NCBI GenBank assembly: GCA_965203465.1
Contig: CBDBCR010000001.1
Location: 928,001-992,000, forward strand
Reading direction: 5' to 3'
DNA length: 64,000 nt
From: Nitrosopumilaceae archaeon
GTDB lineage: Archaea > Thermoproteota > Nitrososphaeria > Nitrososphaerales > Nitrosopumilaceae
Positions 49,784-59,143 of the stretch are shown here, piece by piece. Made by a program: the position numbers and the translations under genes. The number at the start of each line of letters is the position of its first letter. Position 1 is the stretch's first letter. The notes beneath the pieces are model-generated. The model worked only from the letters and a program-made list of their open reading frames with translations, had not been told where the DNA came from and searched no databases.

Positions 49784-49878
49784 GGACCGGTCGTCTAGCC
49801 TGGTTTGGATGACGCACTCACACTGCGTAAGGGGCCCTGCCCCCGCAAAGGTCGCGGGTTCGAATCCCACCCGGTCCA
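49784..49878 (+). tRNA. tRNA-Val(CAC) with a 20-nt intron at 44/45 (49830-49849)
   Basis: Acceptor stem GGACCGG/CCGGTCC; anticodon stem ACGCA/TGCGT with loop CTCACAC; TTCGAAT T-loop; BHB motif around the insert. Confidence 0.92.
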
Positions 49879-49957
49879 CACTCTATCTTGTCCCTTTTGT
49901 CGGAACCGGAGGCGCGACGTCCCGTGAAGACGACGCGCGCCGGGTTAAGGGCGTGGC

Positions 49958-50810
49958 TCAAAAGCGATCAAGCCGGGTCTGCGTCTCGTACTTTTTGATC
50001 AAGTCGGCGCATATTCTTTCCATGCTTTTGAGCGTGGATCGGTTCCATCCGTCGGCAAGCTTTGACAGGCAGTCCTACAACTCTCGGTTTTCCCTCATGA
50101 CGTATTTCAGGATACCTCTTATCTTTTCTGCGAGATCGTGCTGGTGCTTGGCGGAGATCAGATCTGCGTACCTGTGTATGGCTTTGAGCACGGCCATGTG
50201 AGTGTCTGGATTGCTTATGTCGAAGTCTTTGATCGGGGGCCGGAAGATGCAGCCGAGCAGGCCGCGCAACATGTGCGGGATCACCACGTAGTCTTTGTCT
50301 TCGTGCGAAAACGGGTAAAGATACGTCGGCTCTTTCATTCCGGCAAGAGATATTCTGCCTAGGGCTTTGTCAAGATCGTCGAGCTCGAAACTCCCGTGTA
50401 GTTCGCAGTCTCTGCCGAACGTGATAAACGGGAACGCCGTGTGCTCCCGTAGGCGATCGTGATTGTCGGCCGTGTCGACATAACATACGGCGTGTCTTAG
50501 CCCGCCCTTGTCATGAAATGCTACGTGGCGTAGAAGATCATTCGGGGTGAGCAGTCTGTACCACTCGTCCTGATCGACTTTTATGTTGTTCCCGCTCTTG
50601 CAGTCCGCCACTATGGCATGGGACAGCTTGTCCGATACGGAAACCACATCGGGCACTATCTTTTGCGCAGACTGCAAACTGATGGACTGCTCTACAAGCT
50701 GAACTTTGTATAGCCCAAATCGTAGAGGGCGCTGGGCCAGCGGCGGGTTTCTATGCAAAGCCCCAGGAACATGTTCGCCAGCCTGGTGTGCGGGCCCGCA
50801 ACCGGGTCAG
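49958..50810 (-). pseudogene. PD-(D/E)XK-like nuclease with a frameshift near 50710 and an in-frame TAG at 50075-50077
   Basis: VPDVV...AIVADCKSG..Q..Y core; upstream frame HTRLANMFLGLC..WPSALYDLGY; reading past TAG gives ...KKYETQTRLDRF* ending at 49958; start not located. Confidence 0.55.
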
Positions 50811-51919
50811 TCCACCTGATCGCACGTGTCTTTTGCGTCGTGGTGCATTTGTAGGTTGGTCAGTAGCCGCAGTATGGTGCTTCCGCAATTGCCCTGATCT
50901 AGGTACACCCTCATCGTGTCGCTGACTATCTCGAAATCGACCGGACTGCCGGTGTGCAGGTCGATGGCCAACACCCCAAAGTAGTCGGCGCTGATTCTGG
51001 ACTTTATGCCCCACAAGTTGAACGGAGCAGAAGAATTGAACATCTTTGATACGAACAGCTCCAAATCCCCGATCTCAGAGTTGAACGCAAAGTCAAACGG
51101 CCTTCCGTCGAACAGCGTCCTTCCGTGCGCCAGTTTCGTCCCGATGCGGAGGCTTTCCACTTTCCTTATCGTCTTTGAGTACTCTTCGCGGCACATTTCT
51201 ATCAGGGCCAAGTGGTCGTCGATCGACTTGCCTCGCTTTAGCGCGAAATGTCCGTCGTAGTGGATCTCGTCCTGCACGTAGTTTTCTGCAGAGGACGCGG
51301 TGCCCCGCATGATTCTGACCATGCTGTGCGCGCAGGCGCTGCTTATACGGGGGTGTTGTTGGACTATTTTCTTCATGTCTTCTGCCATGGAGCCGCTGAT
51401 GATCAGCTTTAGATCATCGCTGTCCGTATCGTCGGACTCTGCCGATCTCAGGCACCGATCCGAATACGACACGCCAAAGCCCCGGAAACTGTTGCCATCC
51501 ATCCCGACTATCCGCTTGAGCATGCTCGAATAGAACCACGCATGATCGAACGCGTGGTGCATGTCGCGCGTCATCTTTTCTATTATTCTGCCCACATCGT
51601 CGGACTTTTCGTTTGTGTGCAGGACAAAGAATCTCGGATCGCTCTTGTCCAGGTAAAATTCGTACGATCTTTCGCCGTCGTTTGCGCGCAGTATTTTGAT
51701 GTGATCCAGATCCGTACCCAGTAGGTCGCACTTCAGGCCTGACGCCGTAAATTTGGGCTCAAGCTCCGCGTCGGACTCTATTATGTACGACTTTAGTTCG
51801 CGCATGCGCCCGGGCGACGGGCCCCCGTCGTCGGCTTTGGAAGGCACAACCATGTCCTCCAGCACGTTCATGAACTCTTGCTGCGTCCCGACCGCGGGGA
51901 GCTTCTGGATTTCAGACAC
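50807..51919 (-). CDS. Hypothetical protein (370 aa), island-encoded
   Basis: Long intact ORF with AT-richer codon usage; adjoins the downstream nuclease-like gene. Confidence 0.8.
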   Translation of the reverse strand: MSEIQKLPAVGTQQEFMNVLEDMVVPSKADDGGPSPGRMRELKSYIIESDAELEPKFTASGLKCDLLGTDLDHIKILRANDGERSYEFYLDKSDPRFFVLHTNEKSDDVGRIIEKMTRDMHHAFDHAWFYSSMLKRIVGMDGNSFRGFGVSYSDRCLRSAESDDTDSDDLKLIISGSMAEDMKKIVQQHPRISSACAHSMVRIMRGTASSAENYVQDEIHYDGHFALKRGKSIDDHLALIEMCREEYSKTIRKVESLRIGTKLAHGRTLFDGRPFDFAFNSEIGDLELFVSKMFNSSAPFNLWGIKSRISADYFGVLAIDLHTGSPVDFEIVSDTMRVYLDQGNCGSTILRLLTNLQMHHDAKDTCDQVD

Positions 51920-52292
51920 GGGCTGAATCCGACTTTTGTGTGTAAAAGTGTTTGTCCGGTTACAGTTAACCCAAAAGTTTCGCCGGCAGGCGGATGATTT
52001 CCGATCGCGAATCGGTCAAAATGGGCAAAACTGAGCAAAGCGGCGGCGGTATCCAAAAGACTGGCGCGTCCAGCTCCGTCCTGCGCGCGGCCCGGGCAGC
52101 GGCGGCGCTCGCGTCGGCCGCCCAGGTTGCTTACGCAACGCCGTTTTTTGGACAGCAATCCGGCGCTACACGCGTCTTCTTCCAGGGCCGGCACTGCGGC
52201 AACCGGAAACACCGATCGCCAGAATCCGGCGCTCCTGCACGGCCCGAGCAGATTTGCAGGCTGGCCGCGGAACCAACCCCGCGTATTGCACA

Positions 52293-53093
52293 TTATGCCG
52301 TAGCGGACACGATTCTGTGTATCTTGTCAAGCTCGTACACGTGGTCTTTTCTGTACACGGTCTGGATGCCTGAAAGTTCCAGCACTTCCAGGCTCTTCCG
52401 GACGAGGCCGTTTGACGCGTCGACTTCGTCTCTGTCCTGTTCGGAGAACAGCTTGAAGTCGGTCTGGAAAATGCCGGATTTTCTCTGCGATTTGCGTATG
52501 AGTTCGACGTCCAAAAACGTGTTCCTGGTCATGTCCAGCACGTTGCTCTTGGAAAAGGACAAGTAGTCGATGCATAGATGGGGGAATCTGTCTTTGAAAA
52601 ACGCGTACGGGAACCTCCTATCCACCACGGTCGCCTCGAACACGTACCTCCGTTCGTACGACTGTCTCGGAAACCCCATTTTTTGGATTGTGGCGTCCAG
52701 CGAACGGCGGAATTTTTGGAGCGTGCCGCCTTTGGCCGATCTTTTCGCCGAACCTCTTTCGGGCAGGCTGATCTGGACTTTGAACAGGGCATCCAGAGTC
52801 TCCTGCGGCGTGTTGATTGGCGAGACTGGCTTGGGTTTTGTGACCACTAGGTTGTTCTTGCCCGCCTTGGCCGACAGGGCATCCAGAAATTCCTTGTTCT
52901 CTATTGACGCCGGGCCGTTGGCGTGGGGCAGGCGTTCTATGCCTGCCCGGCGCTTGACTTCGATCCAGTTTTTCGTGAACCTTCGGTAGATCGTGTTGTT
53001 GTCCACGTCGTGTAGTATTACCCCTATGTTCAGGGGCTCGCCTCTGATCAGATCGGGGATTATTTTGACGGTTGAAAACCTGTAGTCGCTCAT
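52293..53093 (-). CDS. DUF3037-like domain protein
   Basis: N-terminal YRFSTVKIIPDLIRGEPLNIGVIL signature; ATGA overlap with the kinase. Confidence 0.8.
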   Translation of the reverse strand: MSDYRFSTVKIIPDLIRGEPLNIGVILHDVDNNTIYRRFTKNWIEVKRRAGIERLPHANGPASIENKEFLDALSAKAGKNNLVVTKPKPVSPINTPQETLDALFKVQISLPERGSAKRSAKGGTLQKFRRSLDATIQKMGFPRQSYERRYVFEATVVDRRFPYAFFKDRFPHLCIDYLSFSKSNVLDMTRNTFLDVELIRKSQRKSGIFQTDFKLFSEQDRDEVDASNGLVRKSLEVLELSGIQTVYRKDHVYELDKIHRIVSATA

Positions 53094-53896
53094 TGCGCCA
53101 CGCCCTCCATCGGGCCGCTTTTATTTATGGCGGCCGCCAAATCGGCCTTGGACGTGCCCCTGATGGATTCTTCAAGCTGGTTTAGATCGGGCGTCGCCTG
53201 CGCCCTCCATTCGCTCGGAATCTCTTGGAAGATTCTGCCGATCTCTTTCTTGAGGAGCGTGTCGAAAATTCCCAAGAACTTTTCAAACTGCTCAAACCTG
53301 GCGATCGTGGACGTGATCATGCAGAAAATCGACACGGGTTGCATGTTCTGGTACCTTTTTCGCACCGACCGCGCGTTCCAGCGCCGTCCGCCGAAGGCGT
53401 GCCCGTGGTCGAATATATGGTAGCAAAGCCCGTCCCGGTTTTGCACGCCTATGACGCACACGTTGTTGCAGTGCCTGTCGCCGTTTTGTACAAGTGAGTC
53501 GAAGCCCAGAATGTCGGGAACTTGGTGCAGGTTGATTATGTCGTCCTTGGTTATGGCGCCGAACGTCTCTTCGTATTCATCCGCCGTGTAGAAAGGCCGC
53601 CGGAACCGGGTTCCGAAGTGATCGCCCGACTCGATTCGCTCCATTCCGTTGGCCGCTCTGTCTTCGTTGATTAGATCGCACTGTGCGTCGTTCAGGCTCA
53701 CCAAAAACGCCTCAAACACTGGCAGCTCAAAGCACTCGGCTATCTGGTTGCAGACCAGCTCGTTTATCGCCGTACGATCTTGGCCGGTGTTGAATTTTAC
53801 CAGATATCTGTTACCGTCCTTTCCGACGATCCTCCACGAATGCGACACGCCCGATTCATGGGGCGCTTCGACGTACAGGCAGTCTATTTTTTGCAT
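53090..53896 (-). CDS. HipA-like (PI3/4-kinase superfamily) protein kinase
   Basis: YLVKF, INELVC..IA...ELPV, FDSLVQNGDRHCNNV catalytic loop, IFDHGHAF; TTTATATT at 53919-53926. Confidence 0.87.
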   Translation of the reverse strand: MQKIDCLYVEAPHESGVSHSWRIVGKDGNRYLVKFNTGQDRTAINELVCNQIAECFELPVFEAFLVSLNDAQCDLINEDRAANGMERIESGDHFGTRFRRPFYTADEYEETFGAITKDDIINLHQVPDILGFDSLVQNGDRHCNNVCVIGVQNRDGLCYHIFDHGHAFGGRRWNARSVRKRYQNMQPVSIFCMITSTIARFEQFEKFLGIFDTLLKKEIGRIFQEIPSEWRAQATPDLNQLEESIRGTSKADLAAAINKSGPMEGVAQ

Positions 53897-54021
53897 CGGC
53901 GTTTTTGGCTTCGGCCTCAATATAAATCCGTAATGCTGGGGGCGCCGCGCACGCTCGGGCAGGCCCGTGCCCGGCCGGCTCCGGCCGGGCGCCTCCCGCA
54001 ACGCTGTTTAACCCGCCCGCA

Positions 54022-54564
54022 GTGCGCGCAACCGTGGAGCTGGCCTGCCCGGTACGATGCGCGTGCCTCGCCGCGATCGCATCTGCCGCGCTGGTAGTCC
54101 CCGGCGCCCTCGTGCACGAGGCCGGCCACGCCGCGGCCTGCCTCGCCGAAAACCCGGAGGCCGAATGGACGGCCCAAATAGGCCTGGACGGCGCGAGGGC
54201 CGAGTGCCCCGGCGCGCAGAACCTGCCCGCGCTGTACGCGTCCGGCGGCCTCGCGGCGGCCGGCGCCGCCCTGGCCTCTGCTGCCGCCCCGCAGGTCAGG
54301 CGGAGGCCGTTCCTGCTGGCCGCGGCCCTGGCCACCTGCTCGTGGCAGCTGCTCACCGCGGCGGCCGAGACGCTGGCCCACACTTGGTACATGACGTCGG
54401 GGGCCTGGCCGTGGCTCATGCCGCCGGTCTTTGCCGCCGCGGCCGCGCTGGTCTGCTTCAGGCAGCGCGGCGCCGCCGGCGCGGATCCCGGAAAAACGCG
54501 ATCCCGCCCATCTAACGTTTATAAGAGCATTGGCGAGGCCGCGCCCTACGATGGGCCACTCTAG
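54022..54564 (+). CDS. Membrane protein with HExxH motif (M50-like zinc peptidase, possibly degenerate)
   Basis: LVHEAGHAAA within a hydrophobic segment; its 3' end overlaps the rpl18 promoter, so the end is uncertain. Confidence 0.5.
   Translation: MRATVELACPVRCACLAAIASAALVVPGALVHEAGHAAACLAENPEAEWTAQIGLDGARAECPGAQNLPALYASGGLAAAGAALASAAAPQVRRRPFLLAAALATCSWQLLTAAAETLAHTWYMTSGAWPWLMPPVFAAAAALVCFRQRGAAGADPGKTRSRPSNVYKSIGEAAPYDGPL
54518..54524 (+). promoter_or_regulatory. TATA box of the rpl18-secY operon
   Basis: TTTATAA about 27 nt upstream of ATG 54551. Confidence 0.55.
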
Positions 54565-55030
54565 GATACTGCGCAGGCTCGCCGAGGAAAAGACCAACTA
54601 CCGCAGGCGCGCCTCCATGCTGGTCGGCAGGCGCGACTTTGTGACCGTCACGATATCGAACGAAAACACGCAGGTGCAGATCCTAAAGCCCGAGATCGAC
54701 GGCGACAAGGTGCTGGCTTCTGCCCACTCGCGCCGCCTGCTGGCCGGGGGCTGGAAGGGCTCGCGCAAGAGCATACCGGCCGCGTACCTGACCGGGTACA
54801 TGGCCGGCAAAAAGGCGGTCGGCGCCGGCGCAAAGGGGGCGGTCCTGTACACGGGCACGCGCCGCTACACGCAGAGGATGGCCGCGGCGCTAAAAGGGGT
54901 CATAGACGCGGGCCTCGAGGTGCCGGCCGACACGGGCACGTTCCCGCCCGAAGAGCGCATACGCGGCGACCACCTGAGGGTAAAGAACGACGTGCAGGCG
55001 GCAAAGTCCGCCATAGACGGGGGCCTCTGA
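54551..55030 (+). CDS. rpl18: 50S ribosomal protein L18
   Basis: EEKTNYRRR, GDKVLASAHS, PAAYLTG, GVIDAGLEVP. Confidence 0.95.
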   Translation: MGHSRILRRLAEEKTNYRRRASMLVGRRDFVTVTISNENTQVQILKPEIDGDKVLASAHSRRLLAGGWKGSRKSIPAAYLTGYMAGKKAVGAGAKGAVLYTGTRRYTQRMAAALKGVIDAGLEVPADTGTFPPEERIRGDHLRVKNDVQAAKSAIDGGL

Positions 55031-55659
55031 TGAGCAAGGTGCAGCGCGACAGGCGCAGGCGCGACGAAAAGCCGCCTTGGGTGCCAAAGACCGATCTCGG
55101 CAAGCGCGTCCACTCCGGCGCGATCACCTCGATGGCCGACATATTCGAGGGCGGCATGAGGATACAGGAGGCCGGCATCGTCGAAAAACTCCTGCCGGGC
55201 CTAAAGTCCGAGGTCGTCGACGTCGGGATGATACAGAAAATGACGTCCAACGGCCAGTCCACGCGGTTCAAGGCCATAGTGGCGGCGGGCGACGGCGACG
55301 GCTGGCTCGGCATCGGCCAGGGCAAGTCCAAGCAGATGCGCGTGGCCATAGAAAAGGCCACCAACCAGGCGTACCTCAACGTCAACCCGGTGAAGATGGG
55401 GTGCGGAAGCTGGGAGTGCAGGTGCGACCAAAAGCACTCGGTGCCGTTCAAGGTCAGGGGCAAGGGCGGCAGCGTCGTGATAGAGATACTGCCGGCGCCG
55501 CGCGGCCTCGGGCTGGTCGCCGGCGGCAAGATAAAGCGGCTGCTCGAGCTTGCCGGCCTGAAAGACGCGTGGACCACGGCAAAGGGCTCGACTGCCACCA
55601 TGAACTCCACCTCAAAGGCGGTAATGCAGTGCCTCCGCCACACGTTCAGCCAGGGATGA
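55030..55659 (+). CDS. rps5: 30S ribosomal protein S5
   Basis: WVPKTDLG, GCGSWEC, HSVPFKV.GK.GSV, PAPRGLGL. Confidence 0.97.
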   Translation: MSKVQRDRRRRDEKPPWVPKTDLGKRVHSGAITSMADIFEGGMRIQEAGIVEKLLPGLKSEVVDVGMIQKMTSNGQSTRFKAIVAAGDGDGWLGIGQGKSKQMRVAIEKATNQAYLNVNPVKMGCGSWECRCDQKHSVPFKVRGKGGSVVIEILPAPRGLGLVAGGKIKRLLELAGLKDAWTTAKGSTATMNSTSKAVMQCLRHTFSQG

Positions 55660-55662
55660 GAG

Positions 55663-56136
55663 ATGCCGGCCTACCTCGTAGTCAGAATAAAGGGGACGGC
55701 CGACGTGCCCCACTGGGCCTCGACTACCCTGCGCCTGCTGCGGCTGGAAAAAAAGTACCGCGCCACCATCGTGCCCGAAAAGCCGGGCACGCTCGGCATG
55801 CTCAAAAAAGTCCAGCACTACGTCGCCTGGAAGGCGCTGGACGGGGAACTCGCCGGCGACCTGATGGCCAAAAAGGCGCGCGGGCCCGGCTACCGCCCCG
55901 TCTCGGACGGGGACATGGCCTCGGTGGCCGGCGGCAAATTCGGCACGCTAAAGCAGGTGGCCGCCTCGCTGGCCTCGGGCGAATCGTCGATGTCTGATCT
56001 GTCCCCGCTAAAGCCGTGGTTCGCGCTCTCGCCCCCGCGCGGCGGATTCCGGCGCAGCACAAAGAGGCTGTACGGCCAAAAGGGCGTGCTCGGCCACAAC
56101 CCGGGGCTCGACTCGCTGGTCAGGAGCATGATCTAA
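55663..56136 (+). CDS. rpl30: 50S ribosomal protein L30 (archaeal)
   Basis: LVVRIKG, TLRLLRL, GMLKKV, F.LSPPRGG. Confidence 0.95.
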   Translation: MPAYLVVRIKGTADVPHWASTTLRLLRLEKKYRATIVPEKPGTLGMLKKVQHYVAWKALDGELAGDLMAKKARGPGYRPVSDGDMASVAGGKFGTLKQVAASLASGESSMSDLSPLKPWFALSPPRGGFRRSTKRLYGQKGVLGHNPGLDSLVRSMI

Positions 56137-56137
56137 G

Positions 56138-56545
56138 ATGGCCACGCGCCTGCGCAAGACCCGCAGGCAGCGCGGATCGCGCTACTGCGGGTGGGGCCAA
56201 GTGGGGCAGCACCGCGCCAGCGGGCACAAGGGGGGCCTCGGCGTCTCGGGCCAGCTAAAGCACCACTACAGCAGCATGCTAAAGGACGACCCGGGCCATT
56301 TCGGCCACGGCTCTATGCGGCCGCCGCGCAGCAGCGACGCCAAAAAGTGGGCCGCGGTCAGGGACTTGGACGCCATGGCCGAGGGCGGCAGGGTGGACCT
56401 GACGGCGCGCGGGGTGGAAAAGCTGCTCGGCGGGGGCAGCGTCTCGGGGGCCTACGAGGTGACCGTGGCGCGCTCGACGCCATCTGCTCGCGCAAAGGTC
56501 GAAAAGGCCGGCGGCAGGATGGCCGGGGGCGGGCCCGATGGCTGA
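56138..56545 (+). CDS. rpl15: 50S ribosomal protein L15
   Basis: RKTRRQRGSR.CGWG...HRASGHKGG.G, KLLGGG, KVEKAGG. Confidence 0.95.
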   Translation: MATRLRKTRRQRGSRYCGWGQVGQHRASGHKGGLGVSGQLKHHYSSMLKDDPGHFGHGSMRPPRSSDAKKWAAVRDLDAMAEGGRVDLTARGVEKLLGGGSVSGAYEVTVARSTPSARAKVEKAGGRMAGGGPDG

Positions 56546-57968
56546 GGGAACAGCGACCGCGTTCATACGCAAGGTGGTCTTCAAGGTAGAGCCGTACCTG
56601 CCGCAGGTGCCGAAACCGAAGAAAAAACTCCAGCTCCAGACGCGCCTGCTCTGGACCGGCCTCGCGCTTCTGATCTACCTGGTCATGGCCCAGACGCCCC
56701 TTTTCGGGGCGACCACGCCCGAGTTCGACTTTCTGCAGTTCGCCCGCGTCATATTCGCCTCGCAGCAGGGCACGCTCGTGGAGCTTGGCATAGGGCCGAT
56801 AGTGACCGCCGGCCTGCTCATGCAGCTGCTGCGCGGCTCCGAGATACTAAAGTTCAACTTTAAAAAGCCCGAGGAGCGCGGCATATTCCAGACGGCCACC
56901 AAGCTGGTCACGTACGTAGTCATCGTGGCAGAATCGGTGGTGTACGGCTTTGCGGTGTACGGCCCGCAGATAACCGATCCGTCCGTGCTGATGATACTTG
57001 TCGGGCAGCTGATGGCCGCCTCCGTCATAATCATGTTCCTCGACGAGCTGATACAGAAGGGGTGGGGGCTTGGCAGCGGCATCAGCGTCTTCATCATGGC
57101 CGGCGTGGCGCAGACCATACTGTGGAACATATTCAGCCCCCTGCCGGCCGGCGACGGCGGCTCCATCGGGATACTGACGTACCTCGGCCAGTCCGTCGCG
57201 GCCGGCGACCTGTCCAACGTCATGTTCCGGGCGAACCAGCTGCCCAGCATATTCGGCCTGTCGCTGACGGCCGCGGTGCTGCTCGTGCTGGTGTACATAC
57301 AGGGCATGAAGGTCGAGATACCCATAGTGTCCACAAAGTACCGGGGCTTTTCCGCGGTATACCCGATAAAGCTAATGTACGTCTCCAACATACCGGTGAT
57401 ACTGGCCTCGGCGCTGACCGCCAACGCCATATTCATCGGGCAGATGTTCTGGGCCAACTTCAACCCGCGCAACGCCAACGAGCTGCTCAACGTGCTCGGC
57501 ATGTTCGATCCCACCAGCCCGTCGACGCCCATCGGCGGCCTCATCTACTACGTCACGCCGCCGCGGGGCCTGGACGTGGTGGCCCTCGACCCGCTCCGGG
57601 CCGTCTTTTACGTGCTCTTCATGATGGGCATAGTGCTCATATTCGGGCGCCTCTGGGTGGAGCTGGGGGGCCTCTCGCCAAAGAGCGCCGCGCAGAACCT
57701 GCTCGACGCCGACGTGCAGATACCCGGGTTCCGGCGCTCCAACAAGCCGGTAGAATCGATGCTCAACAAGTACATACCGTCGGTGACCATCATCGGCTCG
57801 CTGATACTCGGCGCGCTCGCCGGCGTGTCGGACGTGCTCGGGGTGTTCGGCTCCGGCATCGGGATACTGCTCATGGTGGACATCCTCATCAACTATTATA
57901 ACCAGCTCGTAAAGGAGCAGGTCGAGGTAGTGATGCCTAGGCTGGGTGCCCTTCTTGGAAGGGGATAG
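56538..57968 (+). CDS. secY: Preprotein translocase SecY
   Basis: ELGIGPIVTAGLLMQLL, KGWGLGSGIS, YPIKLMYVSNIP, IPGFR. Confidence 0.97.
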   Translation: MAEGTATAFIRKVVFKVEPYLPQVPKPKKKLQLQTRLLWTGLALLIYLVMAQTPLFGATTPEFDFLQFARVIFASQQGTLVELGIGPIVTAGLLMQLLRGSEILKFNFKKPEERGIFQTATKLVTYVVIVAESVVYGFAVYGPQITDPSVLMILVGQLMAASVIIMFLDELIQKGWGLGSGISVFIMAGVAQTILWNIFSPLPAGDGGSIGILTYLGQSVAAGDLSNVMFRANQLPSIFGLSLTAAVLLVLVYIQGMKVEIPIVSTKYRGFSAVYPIKLMYVSNIPVILASALTANAIFIGQMFWANFNPRNANELLNVLGMFDPTSPSTPIGGLIYYVTPPRGLDVVALDPLRAVFYVLFMMGIVLIFGRLWVELGGLSPKSAAQNLLDADVQIPGFRRSNKPVESMLNKYIPSVTIIGSLILGALAGVSDVLGVFGSGIGILLMVDILINYYNQLVKEQVEVVMPRLGALLGRG

Positions 57969-58536
57969 CAAAAAGGTCGTCATCGTCGGGATACCCGGCG
58001 TGGGCAAGACCACGCTGGTCTCCCGGGTGGTCGAGGACCTGGGCTCGCAGAGCGTCAGCGTCAGCATGTACAGCTTTGGCTCCATCATGTTCGCCCAGGC
58101 GCAGGCCGACGGGATAGCCGACCGCGACCAGCTGCGCAAGCTGCCCGTCTCGCGGCAGCAGGGCTACCAGCGCAACGCCGCCGAGCAGCTGGCGCAGGTA
58201 TCGGACGCCGTGGTATTGGTGGACACGCACGCGTTCGTATCGACGCCGTCGGGGGCCTACCCCGGCCTGCCCGCGCCGGTCCTGGAGATACTGCGGCCCT
58301 CGTTCTTCATCTCGGTCATAGCCCCGCCCGAGGAGATCTACGCGCGGCGCGTCAACGACGAGACGCGCCGGCGCGACAAGATATCGATAGCCAACATAAA
58401 GAAGGAGCTGTCCATGCAGGAATCGATGCTGGCCACCTGCTCGGTGATGTCCGGCGCGCCCATAAAGCTGGTCAGCAACCTGGAGGGCAAGGTGGACGAG
58501 GCGGCGGCCCGCGTGGTCAGGGCGATAGGTGCCTGA
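57946..58536 (+). CDS. adkA: Archaeal adenylate kinase
   Basis: GIPGVGKTT, DRDQLRKL, VDTH, YPGLP. Confidence 0.93.
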   Translation: MPFLEGDSKKVVIVGIPGVGKTTLVSRVVEDLGSQSVSVSMYSFGSIMFAQAQADGIADRDQLRKLPVSRQQGYQRNAAEQLAQVSDAVVLVDTHAFVSTPSGAYPGLPAPVLEILRPSFFISVIAPPEEIYARRVNDETRRRDKISIANIKKELSMQESMLATCSVMSGAPIKLVSNLEGKVDEAAARVVRAIGA

Positions 58537-59143
58537 CATGGAAGTCCTCGTAGATCTGGCCCTGCAGTTCGACTTTCTGGGGGGCGAGCGCGGCGCGCTG
58601 GGCAGCGACGATCCGCTCGTCAAGGGGGTCATCGCCTCGATGCTGGGCGTGACCGGCTTCGGGGTGCTGCTCAACGTGTTCAACGCGGCGGTGCGCAAAA
58701 AGATGGTCGACGCCGTAAAGCTCAAGCGCATAATGCGCGAGACGCGCGCCTGGCAGAAGGAGCGCATGGCCGCCTTCCGCGCAAAGGACCAGGACAAGAT
58801 AGCGCGGCTCAACCAAAAGTCGTCGTACATGAACAAGATGAACATGGAGATAATGCAGATGAACATGAGGCCCATGCTGATAACGTTCGTGCCGCTCATA
58901 CTGATATTCTACCTCGTGCTGCCGCAGATGTTCGCCTACACCGTCGCGCTCTCGCCGGTGCCGCTCAACGTGATACCCGGCGACCTGTTCCAGCTCACGT
59001 GCACCGCCGAGCAGGCCGCCGATCCCGATCACGTCTGCGAGGCGGAGAACGCGCTGTACCTGTGGGCTTGGTACTTTCTGTCCTCTATAGCGTTCAGCGG
59101 CATCGTAATGAAGGTCACGCGGACCTCGATGGATCTGGGTTGA
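58529..59143 (+). CDS. DUF106/EMC3-TMCO1 (Oxa1 superfamily) membrane insertase
   Basis: TM, coiled coil, MRPMLITFVP, WYFLSS; conserved position after adk. Confidence 0.88.
   Translation: MPDMEVLVDLALQFDFLGGERGALGSDDPLVKGVIASMLGVTGFGVLLNVFNAAVRKKMVDAVKLKRIMRETRAWQKERMAAFRAKDQDKIARLNQKSSYMNKMNMEIMQMNMRPMLITFVPLILIFYLVLPQMFAYTVALSPVPLNVIPGDLFQLTCTAEQAADPDHVCEAENALYLWAWYFLSSIAFSGIVMKVTRTSMDLG

Noticed and set aside
13701-50077. Amber read-through/pyrrolysine recoding suggested by in-frame TAGs at 13701 and 50075
   Set aside because: TAG is a normal terminator in core genes here (rpl24e, infB, argS, fen, secY); no pyl genes are seen; both genes lie in decaying regions.
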